A DNA stretch of 62,824 nucleotides from positions 28,352 through 91,175 of the forward strand of contig JAYOYH010000017.1 of the NCBI GenBank assembly GCA_038153405.1, in the 5' to 3' direction. Shown piece by piece: positions 9,055 to 16,787 of the stretch. Position 1 is the stretch's first letter; every line of letters starts with the position of its first letter. This stretch comes from Gemmatimonadota bacterium. Lineage in GTDB: Bacteria > Latescibacterota > UBA2968 > UBA8231. The translations under genes and the position numbers were made by a program. The notes below the pieces were generated by a model, which was not told the DNA's origin, did no database searches, and worked only from the letters and a program-made list of their open reading frames with translations.

Positions 9055-9085
9055 AGTAGACTTCGCACACACCAGGAGGAAAGCG

Positions 9086-9646
9086 ATGTCGGATGCAATC
9101 GGAATGGTAGAAACAGTCGGGCTGGTGGGCATCGTCGAGGCCGGCGATGCCATGGCCAAAGCGGCCAGCGTACAGCTCTTGGGCTGGGACAAGGTCGGTT
9201 CGGGATTGGTTACGGTGTTTTGTTCGGGCGACGTAGCTGCCGTGAAGTCGGCCGTAGATGCTGGATCTACGGCAGCGGCCAAGGTCGGCAAGGTGCACTC
9301 GGTGCACGTGATCCCGCGTCCGCACGAGGAATTGGGCGCCATTATTCCGCACCGCGGCGAGGCGGGCTCATCAGACGGCGTGCGCGCGCTGGGCCTAATC
9401 GAAACGCGCGGTGCCACCGGTGTAATTGAGGCCGCTGATGCGATGAGCAAAGCGGCCGATGTAGATATCGTCAAAGTGCAGGAAATCGGCGGGGGCTACA
9501 TCACCGTGCTGGTCAGCGGCGACGTCGGATCGGTGCAGGCGTCGGTCAGCGCCGGAGCCGAGGCCTGCGCGCGCGTCGGCGAGTTGGTTTCGCAGCACGT
9601 GATCCCGCGTCCGCACGACGATGTGGTCGCCCTCTACTTGAGCTGA
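9086..9646 (+). CDS. BMC shell protein with two tandem BMC domains
   Basis: Two repeats of AIG/ALG-xxETxG...DAMxKAA...GDVxxV...HVIPRPH; AGGAGG RBS. Confidence 0.93.
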   Translation: MSDAIGMVETVGLVGIVEAGDAMAKAASVQLLGWDKVGSGLVTVFCSGDVAAVKSAVDAGSTAAAKVGKVHSVHVIPRPHEELGAIIPHRGEAGSSDGVRALGLIETRGATGVIEAADAMSKAADVDIVKVQEIGGGYITVLVSGDVGSVQASVSAGAEACARVGELVSQHVIPRPHDDVVALYLS

Positions 9647-9661
9647 TAGGAGATACGCACT

Positions 9662-9925
9662 ATGAAAGCACTTGGTATGGTGGAGACGAAGGGCCTGGTA
9701 TGCGTGGTCGAGGCCTTAGATGCAATGCTCAAAACGGCCGATGTGAGCTTCGCCGGCCAGAAGCGCGTCGGCAGCGGCTTCGTCGCCGTGCTCGTCGAGG
9801 GCGATGTGGCAGCGGTTAAAGCCGCCGTTGATGCCGGCGCCAGCGCGGCGCAGCGCGTCGGCGAGTTGCGCAGCGTGCACGTGATCCCGCGTCCGGTGTC
9901 AGACTTGACGCAGCACCTGTCGTAG
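9662..9925 (+). CDS. BMC hexameric shell protein (BMC-H, EutM/PduA-like)
   Basis: ALGMVETKG...DAMLKTA...VGSG...[10 protein letters not shown]...HVIPRP. Confidence 0.95.
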   Translation: MKALGMVETKGLVCVVEALDAMLKTADVSFAGQKRVGSGFVAVLVEGDVAAVKAAVDAGASAAQRVGELRSVHVIPRPVSDLTQHLS

Positions 9926-9937
9926 TCTGCGCTCCGC

Positions 9938-10432
9938 ATGGCTTCCGTCCTCTACATCGAAGAGGCCGTAATAACGGGCGATATGCTGTCGCGCCGCCAC
10001 GCCGGTGAAGAGCAGGTGTGCGTCGACGAGGGAGCGATTGTCACGCCGACGGGGTGGGACTATCTGCGCCAGAAACGCCTGCCGCTCAGCAGGGGCAAGA
10101 GCCCTGAGCCGGCTACCCCGGCTGCGCAAGCACCCGCTCGGCTCATTGCCGAAGTGGAGGCCCCGCAGATGGATGGGGCGGGGCGCTGCGACCATCCCGG
10201 GCGCTCGTGTGGCTGCCAAACCGAGGAGTTTGGCTCGGGTTATGTCGAGCCCAGTTCGTGTCGCGATTGCGCCATTTACCAGATGAAGAGCCGGGGCGAG
10301 AGTGGGGCCAGCTGTCACGGCTGCAATCGTCGTGCGCTGCTCGACCAGTTGATCGAGTCGGGGCAGGGCGTCGACCCGGAGCAGTTGATCGGTGAGGTGA
10401 CGGCGCTGGTCGTGCACCGCTTGGAGGATTGA
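9938..10432 (+). CDS. BMC-associated hypothetical protein: small N-terminal domain, Cys-rich centre, C-terminal encapsulation-like helix
   Basis: GAIVTPTGWDYLR motif; CDH..CGC, CRDC and CHGC; C-terminal VDPEQLIGEVTALVVHRL; embedded in the operon. Confidence 0.8.
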   Translation: MASVLYIEEAVITGDMLSRRHAGEEQVCVDEGAIVTPTGWDYLRQKRLPLSRGKSPEPATPAAQAPARLIAEVEAPQMDGAGRCDHPGRSCGCQTEEFGSGYVEPSSCRDCAIYQMKSRGESGASCHGCNRRALLDQLIESGQGVDPEQLIGEVTALVVHRLED

Positions 10433-10433
10433 G

Positions 10434-11015
10434 ATGCCCGCCGCTATCGGCCTAATAGAAGTCGAGGGAGTGGCCGGTATTATCGCGGCGGCCGACGCCG
10501 CGCTCAAAGCGGCCGACGTCGAGCTGCTCGGCTGGGAGTCAATCGGCGGGTTTACCACCGTCCTGTTTAGCGGTTCGATCAGCGATGTGGGTGCGGCCTT
10601 GGACAGCGGTCGGGCCGCCGCCGCGCAGGTCGTAGAGCACGTAGTTGCCGCGCCCGTGACACAGCCGCAGGAAGCCTGCCTGCGCTTTGCGAGTTTTCCC
10701 GTTCAAAAAGAAGCCATCGTGCGCGATGGTGCGCTGGGCCTGGTCGAAACCCGCGGCTACGCTGCCCACGTCTACGCCGATGACGATATGGTCAAAGCGG
10801 CTGATGTAGAGGTCGTCAATGTGCTAACGGTGCACAACCGGGTGGTTTGCTCTCTGGTGCAGGGCGACGTCGGCGCGGTGCGCGAGGCCATCGCGCGAGC
10901 CGAAATGCGCCTGCGAGACTATCCACATCTGCTGAGCACGTTGGTCTTGCCACAGCCGCGCCGCGAGGTATTGCAGACCTTTGCCGTGCAGCTGCGAGGA
11001 GAGGGCAGTGTCTAA
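10434..11015 (+). CDS. BMC shell protein with two tandem (divergent) BMC domains
   Basis: AIGLIEVEG...DAALKAA and ALGLVETRG...DDMVKAA...GDVGAV. Confidence 0.9.
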   Translation: MPAAIGLIEVEGVAGIIAAADAALKAADVELLGWESIGGFTTVLFSGSISDVGAALDSGRAAAAQVVEHVVAAPVTQPQEACLRFASFPVQKEAIVRDGALGLVETRGYAAHVYADDDMVKAADVEVVNVLTVHNRVVCSLVQGDVGAVREAIARAEMRLRDYPHLLSTLVLPQPRREVLQTFAVQLRGEGSV

Positions 11016-12159
11016 AGCCATTGGCGTACTCGAGACGCGCGGCATGGCTTCGCTGCTAAACGCCACCGACGCGATGCTAAAAGTATCCGATGTGCGCGTA
11101 GCCGGTCGCCACGGCATTGGTTCGGGTTGGGTGACGGTGGTGATTGAGGGGAGCGTCGCCGACGTACACGCCGCCATTGCCGTCGGCCGAGTCGAAGCTC
11201 AGCGCTACGGAGAGCTCATCGGTGCCGAGGTAATTGCGCGTCCGGACGCGCGTGCTCAGGAGGCGATGCCGCACGGTGCGGCCATCGGTGGCGCTGTATC
11301 GAGCGACGGCCGTGCGCTGGGCGTGGTGGAAACGCAGGGACTATCGCCGCTGATAGCGGCCGCCGATGCCATGGTTAAGGCGGCCGATGTCGACCTGTGC
11401 GGCTGGGCTTTTATTGGAGGTGCGCTGTGCCACGCCGTCGTGCGCGGCGACGTGGCCGCCGTGCAAACGGCCGTCGCGTCTGGCCGTCGCGCGGCAGAGG
11501 GCGTGGGCGCTACCTATGCTACGCTCGTTCTGCCACAGCCCGTCGCCGGCCTCGCGCCGCTGTTGCCGGCCTTGCCTAGCGGCGACGTGGGAGCGGGCGG
11601 TGCACTCGGCGTAGTGGAAACCATAGGTTACGCTACGGTCGTGGCGGTAGGCGATGCGATGGTCAAGGCCGCCGATGTCCAGGTGCGGCGACTGAGCATC
11701 GGCAGCGGCGGGCGCATTGCCGCGCTCGCGGTGGGAAGTTTAGACGCCGTGCAGGCGGCCGTAGGGGCGGGCATGCAGGAGGCTAGAGCCGTAGGTGAAC
11801 TGGACGGCAGCACGCTGGTATCGCGGCCGGACGGCGCCACCATGGCGTGCTTTGCCAGCTCGGTAGAGGGGCCGCGCCGCGCCGCCGCGCGCCGCGCACT
11901 TGGGCTCATAGAGACGCGCAGCACCGTTGCGCTAGTGCGCGCTGTCGACCAGATGTTAAAGGCGGCTGATGTCGAATACGAAGGCAGTTTTAAGGTGGGC
12001 TACTTTTTGACCGCCAGTGTGGTGCGCGGCGATGTCGGAGCCGTCAGGGTAGCTATCGATGTAGGCGCACAGGAAGCGGCAAAGCACGGCGAGCTCGTCT
12101 CTGCCCTCGTCATTCCGCAGCTGTATGGCGACGTCGAACTGCGCCTGCCGCATCAATGA
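11008..12159 (+). CDS. BMC shell protein with four tandem BMC domains
   Basis: Four repeats begin AIGVLETRG, ALGVVETQG, ALGVVETIG and ALGLIETRS, each with D-x-M-x-K; GTG 11008 preceded by GAGGAGAGG, overlapping the upstream gene by 8 nt. Confidence 0.9.
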   Translation: MSKAIGVLETRGMASLLNATDAMLKVSDVRVAGRHGIGSGWVTVVIEGSVADVHAAIAVGRVEAQRYGELIGAEVIARPDARAQEAMPHGAAIGGAVSSDGRALGVVETQGLSPLIAAADAMVKAADVDLCGWAFIGGALCHAVVRGDVAAVQTAVASGRRAAEGVGATYATLVLPQPVAGLAPLLPALPSGDVGAGGALGVVETIGYATVVAVGDAMVKAADVQVRRLSIGSGGRIAALAVGSLDAVQAAVGAGMQEARAVGELDGSTLVSRPDGATMACFASSVEGPRRAAARRALGLIETRSTVALVRAVDQMLKAADVEYEGSFKVGYFLTASVVRGDVGAVRVAIDVGAQEAAKHGELVSALVIPQLYGDVELRLPHQ

Positions 12160-12210
12160 TCACTAAAGGCATGGTGGTATTGGGAGCCGTGCGCAATTGA
12201 GGATAGCATT

Positions 12211-13380
12211 ATGGTTCGCATAGACGATTCGGTAATTACGGCACAGGTCTTGCAGGATCGATTGGGCGCCGAGCGCGAAGTCGAGATTTGCCCAATGGCT
12301 AAGCTGACACCTTCAGCACTCGACTTTTTGCGCGAGCGCAGCATTGAAGTAGCGCGCCGCGAGGCCCGTGCCACGGGTGGCACGGCCGTGGCTGCGGCGG
12401 CATCAACGCCGTCGTCGTCGCAACGCCGCGATTTCAAGGGTATCTTCTGTCCCAATATCGTCATCTTCGACAGCGCGGGTCGCATCAACTACGGCGAGAT
12501 GGAGCGCTACGTGAATTGGCTGATCGATGCGGGGATCCACGGGCTCTATCCCAACGGCAGCACGGGCGAGTTCGTGCGCCTGTCGTGGGAGGAACGCCAA
12601 GACGTGGTGCGCCTCATTGCCGAAGTAAACGGTGGCCGCGTGCCCATTCTGGCCGGTGCGAGCGAAGCCAATACGCGCGACGTGCTGAAAATGGCCGAGT
12701 TCTATGCCTCGATTGACGTAGATGCCATTTCGCTGGTCCCGCCCTTTTACTACAAGATTTCCAACGAGAGCCTCTTCGAGTATTTCGCCGAGGTCGCCGA
12801 GCAGTCGCCGCTCGATATTTTGCTTTACAACATACCGCAGTTTACGCAGGAACTTCCGCTGGAACTGATGGAGCGCCTGTTGCCGTACGAGCGCATTTTT
12901 GGCACGAAGGATTCCAGCCGCGATCTACCTCGCTTGATCAATACCATGCACCGTCTGCGCGCCCAGCGTCCCGACTATGTCGTGTTGGTCGGTTGCGAAG
13001 AAATTCTGTTTCCATCGGTAATGATGGGAGCCAGCGGTGGTACGATCGCTACATCCGGTATTGTGCCGGAAGTGATCGTCGAGCTGTATGAGCAGGCCTT
13101 GGTCAACAATGTCGACCGTGCGCGCACGCTGCAGTACCGCATTCTCGATCTGATCAACATCATGTTACTCGGAGTGAATTTCCCCGAGGGCTTTAAGACC
13201 GGGGTTGCCGTGCGCGGTTTTGACGTGGGTCCTGCTCGCGCGTCGACGAGTCCGGGCGAGCAGGAGTATCTGCTTAAACTCGAAGCGCAGATCGGCTGCG
13301 TGCTCAGCGATATGGGCTACTCAGTGCGCGGTGCGCGCGCCTGTCCCGTTACAAACCTGCCGCCTATCGTAGGCCGTTGA
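12211..13380 (+). CDS. DHDPS/N-acetylneuraminate-lyase family class I aldolase with an extra N-terminal domain
   Basis: NGSTGEF, LYNIP and Schiff-base Lys in GTKDSS; ~70-aa N-terminal extension with AKLTPSALDFLR. Confidence 0.88.
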   Translation: MVRIDDSVITAQVLQDRLGAEREVEICPMAKLTPSALDFLRERSIEVARREARATGGTAVAAAASTPSSSQRRDFKGIFCPNIVIFDSAGRINYGEMERYVNWLIDAGIHGLYPNGSTGEFVRLSWEERQDVVRLIAEVNGGRVPILAGASEANTRDVLKMAEFYASIDVDAISLVPPFYYKISNESLFEYFAEVAEQSPLDILLYNIPQFTQELPLELMERLLPYERIFGTKDSSRDLPRLINTMHRLRAQRPDYVVLVGCEEILFPSVMMGASGGTIATSGIVPEVIVELYEQALVNNVDRARTLQYRILDLINIMLLGVNFPEGFKTGVAVRGFDVGPARASTSPGEQEYLLKLEAQIGCVLSDMGYSVRGARACPVTNLPPIVGR

Positions 13381-14474
13381 GCGATTCCTCGGGCGCGCGG
13401 GTCCTCGTCGTTGGCGCGGGTATCATCGGCCGTTCGATCGCCTACTATCTCTGTCGCGCCGGTGCCCATCCCACACTGATTGAAGTGAGCGAAGGGCCTT
13501 CTGATTCTGAAGCCAGTCGCGCTTCGCTCGGAGTTCTTACCCATTTTAGCGGCGGCGCCAGCACGTATGCGCTATTCATACGCGATAGCCATGCCGCACA
13601 TGAGCCGCTAGCCGGCGAGTTAGCTGACGAGACGGGTATCGACGTAGGGTGGCGGCCGCTCGGTGGTATTGATCTGGTCATCGACGACGAGGGCGAAGAG
13701 CAGGTCGAATCGCTCTGGCGCGAAGGCTGTGCGCGCGGGGTGCCGCTCGAACGCTTGGCCGCGGCCGACGTGCAAAAAATGGAGCCTTCCGTTTCGCGCG
13801 TCGTGCGCTGGGGCCTCTTCTTTCCCGAAGACCAACGCGTTGCTCCGCTGTTGCTGGGAAAGGCGTTGCTCGAGGGAGCCGTTTCGCGCGGTGCACAGGT
13901 GCACTACGACGAGCGCTTGCTGCAGATCGAAGAGCGCGCCGACGGGAGCTTAGTGGCGCAGACGTCGCGCGCCAAGCGCAGCGCCGATTTTGTCGTGCTG
14001 GCCACCGGCGCTTGGACGGCGCATCTGGCCGAGTCGCTTGGCGCTACTGTCCCCGTGCGGCCGGTGCGCGGACAGCACGGCTGTTTTGCGGGGCCTGCCC
14101 TGCGCCACGTGCTGCGTCAGGGAGGGCATCAACTGCTCTCGAGCGCGCGCGGAACGTTGGTCGGCGCCACGGCCGAAGACGTTGGCTTTATCAACGAGAC
14201 GACGGCGGCCGCCGCGTGCGCGCTGGGCGCCGTTCACGCACAGTTGCTAAGAGGGCCCTGTATCCTGCATTCGCAGGGAGCGGGGCTGCGCGCCAAGCCC
14301 AAGGCCGGGCGTCCGATGATTGGTCCGCTCGCCAATCATCCGCGCATTTTCATTGCGACGGGGCACTATAAAAACGGCGTTCTAATGGGACCGCTAACCG
14401 GACAGATCGTCGCGCGCTGGATGCTCACAGGAGATCCGGGACGCGATATGCAGCCCTTTGTTCCCGAGCGCTAG
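13377..14474 (+). CDS. FAD-dependent amino-acid/amine oxidoreductase (DAO/glycine oxidase-like)
   Basis: VVGAGIIG FAD motif, VLATGAW, PVRGQ and ATGHYKNGVLMGP; TTGA overlap with the aldolase stop. Confidence 0.88.
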   Translation: MSDSSGARVLVVGAGIIGRSIAYYLCRAGAHPTLIEVSEGPSDSEASRASLGVLTHFSGGASTYALFIRDSHAAHEPLAGELADETGIDVGWRPLGGIDLVIDDEGEEQVESLWREGCARGVPLERLAAADVQKMEPSVSRVVRWGLFFPEDQRVAPLLLGKALLEGAVSRGAQVHYDERLLQIEERADGSLVAQTSRAKRSADFVVLATGAWTAHLAESLGATVPVRPVRGQHGCFAGPALRHVLRQGGHQLLSSARGTLVGATAEDVGFINETTAAAACALGAVHAQLLRGPCILHSQGAGLRAKPKAGRPMIGPLANHPRIFIATGHYKNGVLMGPLTGQIVARWMLTGDPGRDMQPFVPER

Positions 14475-14534
14475 TTGGGCGATAGATGGCATCTGCCAGC
14501 GGGATGGAAGACAGGGCACTGCGCAATATTTCGA

Positions 14535-14562
14535 TTCACATTTATTTGTTTTCACATATATT
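14535..14562 (+). promoter_or_regulatory. Putative promoter for the second DHDPS-family gene, with a TTCACAT direct repeat
   Basis: AT-rich island; TTCACA, 16 nt, TATATT; TTCACAT at 14535 and 14551; AGGAGG RBS downstream. Confidence 0.4.
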
Positions 14563-14582
14563 AGGAAATCTAGGAGGACGTA

Positions 14583-15524
14583 ATGACTATTGCGACAAAT
14601 GAGTTAATCGAATCCCTAAATTCCGTCACTTCGATTCCCGTAGTGCCTTTTCGCGGTGGCAAAATCGACTACGACGCCCATGCCAAGAATATCCGCTATT
14701 TGATGGATAACAATCATTTGGATGGGGATCGCCGGCGCGTAATCGGCATCGCCGGCACGAGCTTGATCCACCATATTGGGCGCGACGAACAGGTGCGTCT
14801 GATCGACTTTACCGGCCAACAGATGGCCGGGCGTGGCGTCCTCATGTCCGGTATCGCGCCCAATCCCATTGCCGACGCCGAAGACCTTATTCGCCGCGAA
14901 GCTGCGCTGCCAGTAGCGCCCGACTGCTATCTGGTGATGCCGCTGACGGGCGTGGGCAATGCCGAGGGCATTTTCCAAAACCACTTGGATATGGCCGAGC
15001 GTCTGGGCCGCGAAACGGGTGCGCGTTTTCTGTATTACCTGCGCAACAAGGCCGAGCGCGAGACGGCCGTCCGCTTGCTCAACGAGTCCGAGTATTTTAT
15101 CGGTCTCAAAATTGGCACCGATATCGACGATGTGAAGTCGATTGTAGAGGGCGTCAACGACGGGGCTGGTATCGTCATATGGGGTGTGGGTGATCGCTCT
15201 ACCGGGCCGGCTAGCCGCGGAACGCTAGGTCATACTTCCGGTATTAACGTGGTCTTTGTCCGCGCGTCTGATGCGATTAACAACGCTCAGCGCAGCGGCG
15301 ATCTGCAGGCCTCGCAGCGCGTCGAAGACGAAATTGCCGCCTTTGAGGAAATTCGCTTTCGCGATAGCCGCATGTACAATTACTCCGCCGTGGTTGAGGC
15401 GATGCATATAGTGGGCAGCGATGCGATTGATGGCGGCGATGGCGGCCCATTCAATCCGCGCGTACCGGCTGAAGTGGCGCGCGAAGTGGCGGCAGCCATT
15501 GAGCCCTTGATGCAGTACCACTAG
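14583..15524 (+). CDS. Divergent DHDPS-family (TIM-barrel Schiff-base lyase/dehydratase) protein
   Basis: IPVVPF..GKIDYDA N-terminus, LYYLR Tyr, IGLKIG Lys, GHTSG; AGTS in place of GSTGE. Confidence 0.7.
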   Translation: MTIATNELIESLNSVTSIPVVPFRGGKIDYDAHAKNIRYLMDNNHLDGDRRRVIGIAGTSLIHHIGRDEQVRLIDFTGQQMAGRGVLMSGIAPNPIADAEDLIRREAALPVAPDCYLVMPLTGVGNAEGIFQNHLDMAERLGRETGARFLYYLRNKAERETAVRLLNESEYFIGLKIGTDIDDVKSIVEGVNDGAGIVIWGVGDRSTGPASRGTLGHTSGINVVFVRASDAINNAQRSGDLQASQRVEDEIAAFEEIRFRDSRMYNYSAVVEAMHIVGSDAIDGGDGGPFNPRVPAEVAREVAAAIEPLMQYH

Positions 15525-15559
15525 GTCGAAACGCAAGGCTGTTAGAAGGCACGTCCCGC

Positions 15560-15790
15560 ATGGCCAAGAGAAGGCGCCGGCGCTCGCATAGTCATTCGAC
15601 TCCGCTCAAGACGTACCTAGCGCTTTTCCTGCTGTGCGGCGTGGCGGCATTGGTGTTACAGGTTCTTTTCGCGGTGCCGGACAAGGTCGAACAATATGTC
15701 AACAAGAAAGTAGAAGCTTCAGTGAATAGCGCGATAAAGTCCGAGGTGCAAGCAGCTAGGAAAGAGGCGGCTGCCTCTATTGTGCCGTAG
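15560..15790 (+). CDS. Small single-TM hypothetical protein
   Basis: Basic N-terminus, one hydrophobic helix, fills the gap between genes. Confidence 0.6.
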   Translation: MAKRRRRRSHSHSTPLKTYLALFLLCGVAALVLQVLFAVPDKVEQYVNKKVEASVNSAIKSEVQAARKEAAASIVP

Positions 15791-16093
15791 TTATTCCACC
15801 TGTCCCAAGCGGGCGAGGTAGGCTTCCCACTCGATGGGCAACATATATCGCTTCTGGTTATTGCACTCTTTACAGCAGGGGACGACGTTGGACTTCACGG
15901 TATAGCCGCCGCGGCTTAGCGGCACGACGTGGTCCATCGTCAACTCCGTCGGTGGGAAGTGGTCCTGACAGTAGTAACAGTGCCCGGAAGCGCGCCGGTT
16001 TTTCCACCACTGGGATCGGCGCATTTGACGGGCCTTATTTTTTTCTCTGTTTATGTGTTCTTCAGATGCGGCTGAAAAGTAGTCTTCCGTCAT
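15791..16093 (-). CDS. Small HNH endonuclease family protein
   Basis: CYYC...LTMDHVVPLSRGG...SNVVPCCKECNNQK. Confidence 0.9.
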   Translation of the reverse strand: MTEDYFSAASEEHINREKNKARQMRRSQWWKNRRASGHCYYCQDHFPPTELTMDHVVPLSRGGYTVKSNVVPCCKECNNQKRYMLPIEWEAYLARLGQVE

Positions 16094-16135
16094 ACATGTA
16101 GTTTAGCCTCTGGCTTCTCCGGGTGCAACGGGCAC

Positions 16136-16777
16136 ATGCGCATGAATCAAACTATCCCCCTCTTTCCCCTACCGCTGGTAGTTTTTCCAGACCAGGCTTT
16201 GCCGCTGCACATTTTCGAGCCGCGCTACCGACAGATGCTGGCCGACGTGCGCCAGGCACAAGAAGACGGCGAGTTGCTGCCAATAGGCATTTGCCTGGGG
16301 CGCGATAGCGCCGTCAGCGCTGCGGTGGGATGTGCGGTGTTGCTCGAGAAAGTGCTCAACGAGTACGGCGATGGGCGCGCCGATATAATTTGCGTGGGGG
16401 ATCGCCGCTTTCGCGTTGGCGAAATCTCCGACGAGCGCGCCTACTTGACGGTCGAGGCCGAGTATTTAGAAGAGCTCGGCGAAGGCCGCGATCCGGCCCT
16501 GCTACAGCGCGCGCAGAACGGCTATGCGCGCCTGCTGCAGTTGTCACGAGAAGATTCGGGGAATCGCTTTGATGGAACGCCTCCACAAAGCGCCTTTCAT
16601 ATTGCCCAATCGGCGGCATTGTCGCTCGAGTCCAAACAGCGCCTGTTGGAAATGGACGGCGAGACCGAGCGTTTGCAGTTTATCTGCCAACACTTTGACG
16701 ATCTCATCCCGCGTTTGGAAGCGCGGCGCGCGGCCCAGCGCAAGGTGCAATCAAACGGCCACGCCAAAGAGCTATAG
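16136..16777 (+). CDS. Lon peptidase substrate-binding (LON_N) domain protein
   Basis: IPLFPLPLVVFP...LPLHIFEPRYRQM and KQRLLEM motifs; start may be 16142. Confidence 0.9.
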   Translation: MRMNQTIPLFPLPLVVFPDQALPLHIFEPRYRQMLADVRQAQEDGELLPIGICLGRDSAVSAAVGCAVLLEKVLNEYGDGRADIICVGDRRFRVGEISDERAYLTVEAEYLEELGEGRDPALLQRAQNGYARLLQLSREDSGNRFDGTPPQSAFHIAQSAALSLESKQRLLEMDGETERLQFICQHFDDLIPRLEARRAAQRKVQSNGHAKEL

Positions 16778-16787
16778 GCCTAGCGCG

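Noticed and set aside
9304..9895. Identical 19-mer GCACGTGATCCCGCGTCCG at 9304, 9595 and 9877
   Set aside because: Encodes the conserved HVIPRP motif of paralogous BMC domains; explained by protein conservation and codon bias.
12211..13380. Calling this gene dapA (lysine biosynthesis)
   Set aside because: BMC operon context, the extra N-terminal module and no dap genes nearby favour a catabolic family member.
13377..14474. Calling this gene thiO
   Set aside because: No thiS/thiG or TPP riboswitch nearby; only family-level motifs.
15791..16093. HNH gene as a mobile element or defence system
   Set aside because: Standalone small HNH without intron, repeats, methylase or compositional anomaly.
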